NCBI GenBank assembly: GCA_020057115.1
Contig: JAGVGJ010000010.1
Coordinates: forward strand, 615 to 64,614
Source: Candidatus Omnitrophota bacterium
GTDB taxonomy: Bacteria > Omnitrophota > Gorgyraeia > 2-01-FULL-45-10
Direction: 5' to 3'
Length of the DNA stretch: 64,000 nucleotides
The notes beneath the pieces were generated by a model. That model did no database searches. It saw only the letters and a program-made list of their open reading frames with translations, and was not told the DNA's origin. Position numbers and translations under genes: made by a program. The first letter of the stretch is position 1. Each line of letters begins with the position of its first letter. This document shows positions 1 to 9,361 of the stretch, piece after piece.

Positions 1-26
1 TTTACGATCTCATTTCTCAAATAAGG

Positions 27-2057
27 ATGATAGAGGCATCCATGCGTCCAAAAGCCCGGCCCAGAAATGAAGACGGGACATTTAAGAACCATCCTGGTAA
101 GAGTCCGGGAGACGCATTAAAAGTCATCGCATTGTCGCGATTGTCCATCAATCAGCATTTTACATTGGAAGCATACCTGATGTTTTACGAAAAAGTACGC
201 CGAAATTATCCCGAACTCGGATTTGAGAAGCTCGCCAATAATCCCAAGACTACGGCCAAGCGGGACTTAAAAGCGCTTTTAAACCAGGGCTTCTTGGGAA
301 TGGTTTACCAGGGAGGAGTGTCCTACTATTTTCTTTCGGATAAAGGCTGGGACGAGATAGTAAAAAACCTTGGACAGAAGACTGGAAATAAAGACGAGAA
401 ACAGGCATTGATAGAAACTGTCCTTAACCGTAAGATCGCAGTATATAGCCTTCTTATAGATATATTGAGCCGCGTTCCTGGTCAGGAGAACCTGCATCTT
501 CAATATGTAAAGGAACTGCGAGATCTGTTGAAAGGCGAAAGGACTTCCGGGCAGAAAATAGCAATATGCGCGGGCCTCATAAAATCATGCAATATGAGTT
601 TCAAATATGAGGGCGTGATCATGCTGAGACAATTGCTCGCGAAAGCGCTTTATCGCGACGAACAGATAGCGATCAATAGCGCTCTTGCGGAAGCGTATAA
701 GCAGGAAACGGCCCAACTGCAACACTACGTATATGCCTTAAAAAATTTATCGGTCACGGATATAACGCTTGATCAAGAGATAGCAATATGTGCAGGGCTG
801 GTTAAGTCGCGCGACTACCCTACTAGGAGGGATTGCATAACCTCCCTGAAGAGTTTGCTTGGCGCTGGTCTTAGCGTTGACCAGAAGATAGCCGTGTATA
901 GCGCTTTCATAGAAGCGTACGGACAGGAGCATACCACTATACCCAGACAGAGTATATATGTAAGTAATCTTAAGGAGATGCTGAGCGGTAGCTTAAGTTT
1001 TGAACAGAAAGTCGCTGTCTATTCCGGCATGGCGAAGGCCATTGACGGCGATGTGCGCAAAGAAGCGCTGCTCATGCTGCTGAAAGAAGAGAAGGGGGAT
1101 AGCCAGTCCCGTGAAGCTGACGGCACGTTCGGCAGGAAGCTCGGTAGAAGCCCGGAAGACGCCATAACCATAATAGCCCGCTCCGGACTTTACATGAAAG
1201 AATCATTTACGATAGATGATTATCACGAAGCATATAATTCCGAAAAGGCGGCGCTGGGATTTTCTTCGCTTCCCGAAAATGCCGATTCACAGACCAGGCG
1301 CGATCTGGAAGCGCTTATAGAAAAAGGCCTGCTTTTTATAGAAAATCTGGGAGAGAGGGGCGTCCCTTATAGGTATAGCCCTACCCGGCAGGGGTTGGAT
1401 GTATTTTGGCACCTGGATATAGGCAGGATAATAGCACTTGTGACAGATACCGCAAAGTATATACCGACCCATCCGAACTATCGATACACGCTTCTTGTGA
1501 CATCCGAGTTCTTCGATAAAGGCGAGCTGAAGGCCCATCAGTCGAAGTTCGGGGACAGGTTCGAGCTTGACGGCGTGAGCGGTATTACAGACGGGCAATT
1601 TATCGACAATGCGCTCGCTAAGGCCAAAGATAAAGAGACCAGGACGGTCGTCCTTGTGCCGGACAATATCAATCCTGAGCAGCTCGAAAGATTGTCGAAG
1701 GCCGGGATCAGGTTCGTGCAGGTCAACGTAAGCGTGCTATTACAGTCGAAGATGGATGCGGCCAAAGACGGCGGAACCTACAGAGACGATTTTCAATTGA
1801 ATACCTATTGCATAATGCTCCTCGTACGCAGGGTAGATGACAGCATGGAGAAGGATTCTTCGATATACAGAACGCTGGAATTCTATATAAGGTCTCATTT
1901 TGATCTTACCGATAAAGTCGCCGTTACGGACTATATAAATGCTATAGTGAAAGGGGACGTGGCCCGGCTCATCAAAGGGTGCCTGGCATACAAGCCTTCG
2001 ACGTCATATATTATGCCAAGTTATAATAGTGTCTCAGCTGCGCTCATAAGCGCATAA
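27..2057 (+). CDS. hypothetical protein with an internally duplicated architecture (two winged-helix-like segments each followed by helical QKIA(I/V)(C/Y)(A/S)G-type repeats)
   Basis: Complete ORF with an AAGGA RBS 5 nt upstream of ATG at 27. Translation shows the N-terminal segment (EDGTFKNHPGKSPGDALKVIALSRL...TAKRDLKALLNQGFLG) repeated at about aa 360 (ADGTFGRKLGRSPEDAITIIARSGL...QTRRDLEALIEKGLLF). The motif QKIAICAGLIKS/QEIAICAGLVKS/QKIAVYSAFIEAY/QKVAVYSGMAKA recurs four times. No recognisable catalytic motif. Confidence 0.6.
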   Translation: MIEASMRPKARPRNEDGTFKNHPGKSPGDALKVIALSRLSINQHFTLEAYLMFYEKVRRNYPELGFEKLANNPKTTAKRDLKALLNQGFLGMVYQGGVSYYFLSDKGWDEIVKNLGQKTGNKDEKQALIETVLNRKIAVYSLLIDILSRVPGQENLHLQYVKELRDLLKGERTSGQKIAICAGLIKSCNMSFKYEGVIMLRQLLAKALYRDEQIAINSALAEAYKQETAQLQHYVYALKNLSVTDITLDQEIAICAGLVKSRDYPTRRDCITSLKSLLGAGLSVDQKIAVYSAFIEAYGQEHTTIPRQSIYVSNLKEMLSGSLSFEQKVAVYSGMAKAIDGDVRKEALLMLLKEEKGDSQSREADGTFGRKLGRSPEDAITIIARSGLYMKESFTIDDYHEAYNSEKAALGFSSLPENADSQTRRDLEALIEKGLLFIENLGERGVPYRYSPTRQGLDVFWHLDIGRIIALVTDTAKYIPTHPNYRYTLLVTSEFFDKGELKAHQSKFGDRFELDGVSGITDGQFIDNALAKAKDKETRTVVLVPDNINPEQLERLSKAGIRFVQVNVSVLLQSKMDAAKDGGTYRDDFQLNTYCIMLLVRRVDDSMEKDSSIYRTLEFYIRSHFDLTDKVAVTDYINAIVKGDVARLIKGCLAYKPSTSYIMPSYNSVSAALISA

Positions 2058-2092
2058 TATTATTCATAATTTAAGCTAATATTGATATAAAC

Positions 2093-2131
2093 GGACGCCC
2101 TTGTGCCATGCGAGGGCGTCCTCTTGTTTTT
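2093..2131 (+). terminator. rho-independent terminator-like hairpin (GGACGCCC...GGGCGTCC followed by TCTTGTTTTT)
   Basis: 8-bp GC-rich perfect stem with an 11-nt loop, immediately followed by a T-rich run. Located 36 nt downstream of the stop of the 27-2057 ORF. Confidence 0.55.
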
Positions 2132-2364
2132 ATCATGGATATGTGATACGATAACGTGAAAATAAGAATAAGCACACAGGATCGCATAATGCTCTCGTAT
2201 AGACAGAAGATATTGATAGATAGAACGCTTGGCGCGCTTGCCAGCGTTTTTATAAGCTGTTTCACAAGACTTATCAGTCTCATTTCGCTTACGGAAAATT
2301 TCTCCGCACGAAACCGCATTATATCACCGGTCATAGTTCCGCACCGAAAGACGCAGGTTCATAG

Positions 2365-3732
2365 ATGCTGATAGATACGCATTGCCATCTGGATTTCAAG
2401 GATTTTGACAACGACCGGGACGAGGTGATCGCACGCGCCAGGGATGCCGGCATTCTCAAAATAATAAATGTCGCAAGCTCCATAGAGGGGACGCGTCGCG
2501 CATCAGAGCTTGCAAAAAAATATGAGGCGGTCTATGCGACGGTCGGGATACACCCTCATGCGGCCGAGACTGTTACGGACGAAGCGATCGATGAGCTTAA
2601 GAAAATAGCTAAAGAAGACAAAGTCGTGGCTGTCGGCGAGGTCGGGCTTGACTATTACCGCAACCTCGCGCCTAAAGATAGGCAGGCGGATGCTTTTAGA
2701 AGGTTTATAAGGCTTGCCGTGGAAACCGGCAAGCCTTTGATCATCCATTCAAGAGAAGCGGATAATGACATTTTGGGCATATTGCGCGAGGAGTGCGGCA
2801 ATACGGTAAAAGGCGTAGTCCACTGCTTCGCCGGGGATGAGAAGTTCCTTGAGGATTGTCTCGGCATGGGGTTATATATATCGTTTACGGCAAATCTTAC
2901 TTTTAAGAAGGCGGATAATTTAAGGACGGTCGCGAAACGCGTTCCGATCGAGCGCCTGATGCTCGAGACGGATGCGCCGTTCCTGGCGCCGCAGGATGTT
3001 CGCGGGAAGAGGAATGAACCCGCTTACCTGACGTACCTGGTGAAGGAGTGGGAAAACATATCGGGGCTTTCCGCCGAGGATATCGCAAGGATAACGACCC
3101 ATAATGCCAACAGATTATTCGGCCTGAACATCCGCGAAGATACGAGGATCGTTTATCCGATAAGAGGATCCCTGTATCTCAACATAACCAACCGCTGCAC
3201 GAACAATTGCTATTTCTGCGTCCGCAATTCCACTGAGTTCGTAAAAGGGCACAACCTGAAGCTCGACAAGGAGCCTTCCGAGCCGGACGTCCTGGCAGCG
3301 ATGGGCGATCCTAAGAAGTATAAAGAGATAGTCTTCTGCGGGTATGGCGAGCCGACCATAAGGCTGGATGAGGTAAAGTCTATTTCACGGAAGATGAAGG
3401 CGCTGGGGCTTAAGGTGAGGCTTGTGACCAATGGCCACGGCGATCTCATAAATAAGCGTCCGATAGCCGCTGAATTGTCCGGGCTTATAGACAGGATATC
3501 GGTCAGCATGAATGCCGAAGACGCGGATAAGTACGAAAAGATATGCGAGCCGGCCTTCGGAGCTCTTTCGTACAAGGCGGTCCTGGATTTCATAAAGGAT
3601 TGCGTCAATAACAAGATCGATGTCGAGGTCACTTGTCTCGACCTTCCGGAGATCGATATGGCGAAGTGCGAATCCCTCGCGAGGTCTCTTGGGGCCAGGT
3701 TCCGCCCGAGGTCATACGGGGTGGTCGGATGA
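2365..3732 (+). CDS. TatD-family metal-dependent hydrolase fused to a C-terminal radical SAM domain (TatD-associated radical SAM type)
   Basis: N-terminus MLIDTHCHLDF plus internal HxH, HCF and ETDAPFL motifs typical of TatD DNase/hydrolase. From about aa 265, NITNRCTNNCYFCVRN (CxxxCxxC radical SAM cluster motif) and FCGYGEP resemble the small radical SAM family normally encoded next to tatD. Here both parts are in one continuous ORF. Confidence 0.8.
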   Translation: MLIDTHCHLDFKDFDNDRDEVIARARDAGILKIINVASSIEGTRRASELAKKYEAVYATVGIHPHAAETVTDEAIDELKKIAKEDKVVAVGEVGLDYYRNLAPKDRQADAFRRFIRLAVETGKPLIIHSREADNDILGILREECGNTVKGVVHCFAGDEKFLEDCLGMGLYISFTANLTFKKADNLRTVAKRVPIERLMLETDAPFLAPQDVRGKRNEPAYLTYLVKEWENISGLSAEDIARITTHNANRLFGLNIREDTRIVYPIRGSLYLNITNRCTNNCYFCVRNSTEFVKGHNLKLDKEPSEPDVLAAMGDPKKYKEIVFCGYGEPTIRLDEVKSISRKMKALGLKVRLVTNGHGDLINKRPIAAELSGLIDRISVSMNAEDADKYEKICEPAFGALSYKAVLDFIKDCVNNKIDVEVTCLDLPEIDMAKCESLARSLGARFRPRSYGVVG

Positions 3733-4811
3733 AGAAGATGCTCGAGTTCATGCGTAAAGAGAGGCTTTATCTGTTGCTTCTCTTATTCATCATTCTGGTC
3801 AATACCATAGTCATGACGGAAGGGGACGGAGAAAAGCAAAGGCCTGCTAAAACCAAAACGGAGCTCAAAACCTCCGCGGTGCCTGAGACTAAAGGCGTTG
3901 AAGAGAAGCGCCAGAACACCCTCTTCATGAAGCGCGAGCAACTCGAGGAGGCCCTTACCAAGAATAAGACGCTCGCGGCGCTATTTGGCCTCGTGTCCTT
4001 ATTTATAACGGTCATCCTTCTTCTGGGCATAGTGATAGATATCCTTCTTACATCATTACGGATGAGCAAGAAGAGCGCCGAGATCCACACCTACAGGCCT
4101 CCACCGGCCAGATGGAACATCTGGGATGTCGCGAGGGTGGTGATACTCTTCCTCTTCTTCGGCTACATGCTTGTGATAATAGAATCACTGCTTTTGCGGG
4201 TTATTCCAATACTTAAAGACGATAACTTCAGGATGATGGTAAATACCTCGATACTGGACACGCTTGCCGTAGTATTCATAATATACTTTACCGTGAACCA
4301 GTATAAAGAGGATCTCGTATCCCTCGGCCTGTCCGCAAAGAATTTCGTCAAGAACGTCTTCTACGGGCTGGTGGGGTATATAGCTGCCGCGCCTATACTC
4401 GTCTTGATACTCGCACTTGTGGCGCTAGTGGTCCAGATCACGAAATACGTCCCGGAAACGCAGCCGGTCGTGGAACTATTCCTTAAAGAGGAGAATGCGC
4501 CGTTCCTGGTATATACGAGCATATTTACCGCCGTGTTAGGCCCGGTCATAGAAGAGCTTTTCTTCAGGGCCTTCATGTATAATGCGTTCAAGAAGACGAT
4601 AGGGATATTCTGGGCGATGCTCATAACATCCGCGGTATTCGCGAGCCTCCATACGAATATCGTGGGGTTCTTCCCGATAATGGCCCTTGGCGTGCTCCTC
4701 GCGTATATGTATGAGAAGACGGGTACGCTGGTATCGTCGATAACTGTCCACATGCTGCATAATTTAAACATGGTCTTCCTGGTGTTCTTGATGAAACAGA
4801 TAAAGGCATGA
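3729..4811 (+). CDS. CPBP-family (CAAX/Abi-type) intramembrane metalloprotease, polytopic membrane protein
   Basis: Multiple hydrophobic helices. C-terminal motifs EELFFRAF (EExxxR), FASLH and HMLHN match the CPBP signature. Start placed at the ATG overlapping the upstream stop (ATGA) rather than the ORF-track start at 3633, which lies inside the previous gene. Confidence 0.75.
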   Translation: MKKMLEFMRKERLYLLLLLFIILVNTIVMTEGDGEKQRPAKTKTELKTSAVPETKGVEEKRQNTLFMKREQLEEALTKNKTLAALFGLVSLFITVILLLGIVIDILLTSLRMSKKSAEIHTYRPPPARWNIWDVARVVILFLFFGYMLVIIESLLLRVIPILKDDNFRMMVNTSILDTLAVVFIIYFTVNQYKEDLVSLGLSAKNFVKNVFYGLVGYIAAAPILVLILALVALVVQITKYVPETQPVVELFLKEENAPFLVYTSIFTAVLGPVIEELFFRAFMYNAFKKTIGIFWAMLITSAVFASLHTNIVGFFPIMALGVLLAYMYEKTGTLVSSITVHMLHNLNMVFLVFLMKQIKA

Positions 4812-5920
4812 CGTTAATGGCGAAAGTATCGATCGTGAGGTGTCAGGATTACGATAGCTCGAAGGTCTTCGAGGCCGTAAAGAGGTCGGTCGACCTTGTG
4901 GGCGGGATGGGAGAATACGTAAAGCCGGGGATGAAGGTCCTCATAAAGCCGAACCTCCTCTCTGACAGGAAGCCGGAGGACGGCGTAGATACGCATCCCG
5001 AGGTGGTGAGGGCTATAGTAAAGCTTGTAAAGGCATCGGGCGGGACCGTGATGATAGGCGATTCGCCGGGAGGATACGGGAAGAACATAGACGAGATATT
5101 CGAGTCGTCCGGCATGAAACTCGTGGCTGAAGAAGAGGGCGCAGAGCTCGTCAAATTTACGAACTCAAGGTTTGTCGACAACATACCTGTCGCCCGGCAG
5201 ATATTCGAGGTCGACAGGATCATCTCCGTGCCGAAACTTAAGACGCACTGCGTAACCGTCATAACTGCCGGGATAAAGAATGTCTTCGGCGCCGTTACGG
5301 GATTATACAAGGCGTCCTGCCATTCAAAGGCCCCGAAAGAAGAGGATCTGGCTAAGATCCTCGCCAAGGTATATTCAATAGTAAGGCCGCACCTTACGAT
5401 CCTTGACGGGATAGTCGCGATGGAAGGCGATGGCCCGTCATCCGGGACATTAAGGAAGATGGACCTTGTCATGGCAAGTGCCGACGCGGTGGCGATGGAC
5501 TCGTGCGTCGCCAGGGTGGTGGGCCTTGAACCGGGCGACATAAGGCTCATAACCGAGGCCCATTCTAACGGCCTCGGAGAGATGGACCTTAAAAAAATAG
5601 AGATAGTCGGGGATGACATAGGCTCGTTCGTCGCCAAGGATTTTAAGCTGCCGCAGACGGCGCCGCTGAAGATCCTGCCGCGCGCTTTATTGAACAGCCT
5701 TGCGGCGCTGGTCAAGTTCAACCCGGTTATAAACGCCGCCTTATGCGCCAGGTGTAACCTATGCAAAGTGACATGTCCGGTCAGCTGTATCACCATAGAG
5801 GAGAGGTCGTGCTCTATTGATTACGCGAAGTGCGTCAGATGCATGTGCTGTCACGAAGTCTGCCCGTACAGGGCGATAGATATAAAACGGAACTTTTTAG
5901 CGAAGGTCATATGGGGGTAA
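4808..5920 (+). CDS. DUF362-domain protein with C-terminal 2x[4Fe-4S] ferredoxin-type domain
   Basis: N-terminal region (VSIVRCQDYD...VKPGMKVLIKPNLL) resembles the DUF362 family. The C-terminus carries two CxxCxxCxxxCP ferredoxin motifs (CARCNLCKVTCP, CVRCMCCHEVCP). Confidence 0.75.
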   Translation: MTLMAKVSIVRCQDYDSSKVFEAVKRSVDLVGGMGEYVKPGMKVLIKPNLLSDRKPEDGVDTHPEVVRAIVKLVKASGGTVMIGDSPGGYGKNIDEIFESSGMKLVAEEEGAELVKFTNSRFVDNIPVARQIFEVDRIISVPKLKTHCVTVITAGIKNVFGAVTGLYKASCHSKAPKEEDLAKILAKVYSIVRPHLTILDGIVAMEGDGPSSGTLRKMDLVMASADAVAMDSCVARVVGLEPGDIRLITEAHSNGLGEMDLKKIEIVGDDIGSFVAKDFKLPQTAPLKILPRALLNSLAALVKFNPVINAALCARCNLCKVTCPVSCITIEERSCSIDYAKCVRCMCCHEVCPYRAIDIKRNFLAKVIWG

Positions 5921-5924
5921 CTGA

Positions 5925-6344
5925 ATGAGAAAGAGGACTAAGGCAAGGGAATGCGCGTTGCAGATACTGTATTCGATCGACTTGACGAAGGACAGCCCGG
6001 AGGAGCGGATGGAGGTCTTCTGGAAGCATATTGAGGAGGACGACGTCGAGATAAGAAAGTTCGCGAACTCGCTCGTCCGCTGCGTGATCGAGAATAGGAA
6101 GGCGATCGATGCCATTATATCGAAGCATGCCACTAACTGGCGCATCGGCAGGATGGCTGTCATAGACAGGAACATACTGCGTTTTGCGACATGCGAGCTC
6201 ATGTTCATGGACGACATACCGCCGAAGGTCTCGATAAACGAGGCCATAGACATAGCCAAGAGATACGGCGACAAAGATTCGGGGAAGTTCGTGAACGGCA
6301 TACTTGACAATATCCACAAGACCGAAGAGAAGAAGGCAAAATAG
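5925..6344 (+). CDS. nusB: transcription antitermination factor NusB
   Basis: 139 aa. ARECALQILYSIDL near the N-terminus and overall NusB-like sequence. Conserved position upstream of rib genes. Confidence 0.85.
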   Translation: MRKRTKARECALQILYSIDLTKDSPEERMEVFWKHIEEDDVEIRKFANSLVRCVIENRKAIDAIISKHATNWRIGRMAVIDRNILRFATCELMFMDDIPPKVSINEAIDIAKRYGDKDSGKFVNGILDNIHKTEEKKAK

Positions 6345-7181
6345 ATGAAATGCGCCGACCTGCACGTCCATACTTTCTATTCCGACTCCACTTTTTCCCC
6401 GGAAGAGGTGATGGCATGCGCGGCTGACAAGAAGCTATCGGCCATAGCCATCTGCGACCATGACTCCATAGGCGGAATAGGCCCGTGCGAGAGCCTGAGC
6501 GGGGAAACGGGCGTCGAGGTGATACCCGGCATAGAGATGACCGCGGAGAAAGTTGACGCGGAGATACACCTTTTGGGTTATTGCATAGACTGGAAGGCCG
6601 CGTGGTTCGTAAAGAGGCTTAAAGAGATCCAGAAGGCGAGGATAGCGCGCATCCATGTCATGGTCGAGAAGCTTAACGAGGCCGGTATAAACGTCAAGGC
6701 GGAAGAGATATTCAACCTCGCCGGCAGAGGGACCGTAGGGCGGCTCCATGTAGCCCAGGCGATGATGAAGACAGGAAAGCTTCGCAGCTATAAGGAGATA
6801 TTCGAGAAGTATATAGGTTTTCAGAAATCATGTTACGTGCCTTACGTCAAGTTCTCGCCGAAGGAGGCTATAGAGGCGATACTCAAGGTAGGAGGCGTTC
6901 CCGTCATAGCCCACCCGGCGCTCATGGGAAATGACGACTATATCCCTGAGCTCGTCGATTACGGCTTGAGGGGCATAGAGGTCTACCACACCGACCACAA
7001 GCAGGCCGCGAGGATGCGCTATGAGGAGATGGCCAGGCGCTATGGTCTTCTCATGACCGGCGGATCTGACTGCCACGGCCTGGGCAAGGGCAGGGTGTTG
7101 ATGGGTTCCGTGCGCGTGCCGTATATGCTTGTAGAGAAACTCAAAGAAGAGGCCGACTCCATAAAGCGGAGCAATAGATGA
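6345..7181 (+). CDS. PHP-domain (polymerase/histidinol phosphatase-like) metal-dependent phosphoesterase
   Basis: N-terminal CADLHVHTFYSDS motif (the HxH of PHP) and a later GGSDCHG motif. ATG immediately follows the nusB stop. Confidence 0.8.
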   Translation: MKCADLHVHTFYSDSTFSPEEVMACAADKKLSAIAICDHDSIGGIGPCESLSGETGVEVIPGIEMTAEKVDAEIHLLGYCIDWKAAWFVKRLKEIQKARIARIHVMVEKLNEAGINVKAEEIFNLAGRGTVGRLHVAQAMMKTGKLRSYKEIFEKYIGFQKSCYVPYVKFSPKEAIEAILKVGGVPVIAHPALMGNDDYIPELVDYGLRGIEVYHTDHKQAARMRYEEMARRYGLLMTGGSDCHGLGKGRVLMGSVRVPYMLVEKLKEEADSIKRSNR

Positions 7182-8263
7182 AACCAGACGAAAGATATAT
7201 GAGGATGGCGTTAAGCCTCGCTAAAAGGGCTGAAGGCATGACGAGTCCCAACCCTCTTGTCGGCGCCGTGATAGTAAGGGGCGGCAAGGTCGTAGGCAGC
7301 GGATACCATAAAAGGGCAGGGCTTCCGCACGCGGAGATAAACGCGATAGAGGATGCCGGCAGGAAGGCCAACGGCGCCGTTCTATACGTGACGCTTGAGC
7401 CGTGCGATCATTTCGGCAGGACGCCGCCGTGCACCGACGCCATAATAAATTCCGGGATAAAAACGGTGGTGATCGCAACGCCTGATCCGAACCCGCTCAC
7501 CGGAGGCAGGGGAATAAAGATGTTGAAACGCCACGGCATCAAAACGGTCGTAGGCATCCTTAAAGACGAGGCGAGATCCATGAATAAAGCGTTCGAAAAG
7601 CGCGTCACAAAAAATATGCCTTATGTGACAGTGAAGTCCGCGGAATCTATCGACGGAAAGATAGCTACAAGGACCGGAGATTCGAAGTGGATCACATCCG
7701 AAGATTCAAGGAGATATGTCCATAGATTACGCGCCTTGTCGGACGCCGTAATGGTAGGGGTGAATACAATTATAAAAGACGATCCACTGCTCACCAGCAG
7801 GATACAAGGCTCAAGGCAGCCTGTAAGGATAATAGTAGATTCGCACTTAAGGACTCCTTTAAATGCCAAAATATTCTCAAATATCAAACGCGCGCCTCTT
7901 ATCATTGTCACGATAGGCAAAAGTTCGAAAATCGGAAGGTATGTAGAGTTGGGCGCCGAGGTCATCATCGTGAAAGCCAAGGGCGGCATGGTGGACTTAA
8001 GGGCCCTTTTAAAAGAGCTTGCGAAGAGGGAGATAACGAGCATACTCGTAGAGGGCGGTGGGAATTTGAACGCTAAGCTCCTGGAAGAAAGCCTTGCCGA
8101 CAAAGTCCTGTTCTTCATATCGCCGAAGATAATAGGCGGGAGGGACGCCATTACGTCAGTAGAGGGGCGCGGAGCGAAGAATGTCAAAGACGCGGTAAAA
8201 TTGAAGAATATAAAACTGAAGAAGTTCAGGGACGACATCCTTATCGAAGCGGAGGTGGCATGA
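7178..8263 (+). CDS. ribD: bifunctional riboflavin biosynthesis protein RibD (pyrimidine deaminase / reductase)
   Basis: CMP/dCMP deaminase zinc motifs HAEINAI and LEPCDHFGRTPPC in the N-terminal half. C-terminal reductase domain (VEGGGNLNAKLL). Start overlaps the upstream stop (ATGA). Confidence 0.9.
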   Translation: MKPDERYMRMALSLAKRAEGMTSPNPLVGAVIVRGGKVVGSGYHKRAGLPHAEINAIEDAGRKANGAVLYVTLEPCDHFGRTPPCTDAIINSGIKTVVIATPDPNPLTGGRGIKMLKRHGIKTVVGILKDEARSMNKAFEKRVTKNMPYVTVKSAESIDGKIATRTGDSKWITSEDSRRYVHRLRALSDAVMVGVNTIIKDDPLLTSRIQGSRQPVRIIVDSHLRTPLNAKIFSNIKRAPLIIVTIGKSSKIGRYVELGAEVIIVKAKGGMVDLRALLKELAKREITSILVEGGGNLNAKLLEESLADKVLFFISPKIIGGRDAITSVEGRGAKNVKDAVKLKNIKLKKFRDDILIEAEVA

Positions 8264-8898
8264 TGTTTACCGGCCTTGTAAAAGAGCTTGGGAAAGTCTT
8301 AAATATCACCAGGTCCGGAGACATCCATAAACTTTCAATAGAAGCAAAGGCCGTTTCCAGGGACGCGAAGGCAGGAGACAGCATAGCTATTAACGGAGTA
8401 TGCCTGACAGTTACGGGGAAAAAGGGCGACACCCTGTCATTCGACGCCATGGAAGAGACTTTGCGCAGGACGGCTCTTGGGTCTTTGAAAGCGGGCGCTT
8501 TAGTCAACCTCGAAGGCGCGCTTAAAGCCGGCGATCCTGTCGGCGGCCATTTCGTCCTGGGGCACGTCGACTGCGTCGGGAAGATAACGGATGTTAAAAA
8601 GAGCGCTCAGAATGTCATGATAGAGGTGGCTATGCCTGAAAAGTTCGCCGGCCTTATCGTGGAAAAAGGGTCTATAGCCCTTGACGGCATAAGTCTTACC
8701 ATAGGTGAGGTGGCTCCGGGCATATTTAAGGTCTATATCATACCGCACACCATGAGCGAGACCACGTTGAAGGACAAGAAAGTCCGAAGCGATATCAATA
8801 TCGAGTTCGATATACTCGGCAAGTACATCCTGCGCCAGAAAGGTCTGGACAAGAAGACCATCACCGAAGAGTTCCTAAAAGAGCAGGGCTTCGTCTAA
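8260..8898 (+). CDS. ribE: riboflavin synthase alpha subunit
   Basis: MFTGLVKELGKV N-terminus and an internal duplicated lumazine-binding repeat (GDSIAINGVCLTV ... GSIALDGISLTI), characteristic of riboflavin synthase. Confidence 0.85.
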   Translation: MMFTGLVKELGKVLNITRSGDIHKLSIEAKAVSRDAKAGDSIAINGVCLTVTGKKGDTLSFDAMEETLRRTALGSLKAGALVNLEGALKAGDPVGGHFVLGHVDCVGKITDVKKSAQNVMIEVAMPEKFAGLIVEKGSIALDGISLTIGEVAPGIFKVYIIPHTMSETTLKDKKVRSDINIEFDILGKYILRQKGLDKKTITEEFLKEQGFV

Positions 8899-8940
8899 GA
8901 GCGCTGCACTCACTAAAGACGGGCCTCTACAGGTTACTCG

Positions 8941-9270
8941 CGCCCACAAGGAAGCAGGCTATCTTACGCGAACGCAAATTTTCCATAGAAAAATTTGCTC
9001 GGAATGTTACTATTTTCGTTGAAAAATAGCAACATTCAACGTCGCTTCAGATACCCTGCTTCCTTGTGGGCGTACGCACTAAACAAGAAAGCTCCGGCTA
9101 TCGCTCATTCTGCCTTTCGCAAGACGACCATCTGCTTCGGCGCTTAAGAGGATAGGGATGTCTGGAGCGACGTCGAAGAGCGCTAAATTACAACGAATTT
9201 AGCGCTCTTCCGAGCAAACTTTCCCTATGGGAAATTTGCGTTCGCGTAAGACATCCCTATCCTCTTAAGC
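8941..9270. repeat. nested long inverted repeats forming a highly structured 330-bp intergenic element. Candidate structured RNA or MITE-like repeat.
   Basis: Perfect 18-bp IR 8941-8958/9055-9072. A 26-bp IR 8966-8995/9226-9252 with one mismatch. Perfect 20-bp IR 9146-9165/9250-9270. A 15-bp hairpin 9173-9190/9199-9213. A small hairpin CTATTTTCGTTGAAAAATAG at 9009-9030. Confidence 0.55.
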
Positions 9271-9361
9271 GCTTCACCAGATAAAGGCGGAGAACATCGG
9301 AAATGATTTGAAAAGACGGCGTTGATATGCTATATTCGTACAAATAAAAAAGGGAGGTCAA

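Noticed and set aside
3633-3728. Upstream extension of the CPBP protease ORF (ORF track start at 3633)
   Set aside because: The extension overlaps the last 100 nt of the TatD-rSAM gene in another frame. The ATG at 3729 overlapping the TatD stop (ATGA) gives a sensible N-terminus (MKKMLEF...).
4849-5796. 315-aa ORF on the minus strand
   Set aside because: It lies entirely antisense to the DUF362/ferredoxin gene, which has clear motifs. Its composition is Ser/Thr/Ala-rich and low in complexity, typical of a shadow ORF. No RBS.
8899-9361. FMN riboswitch (RFN element) near the rib genes
   Set aside because: The structured block is downstream, not upstream, of ribD-ribE. It lacks the conserved RFN core sequences I could recall (for example the GGATGAAA..CCGAC..GACGGTAA-type segments). 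Instead it is built of long perfect inverted repeats.
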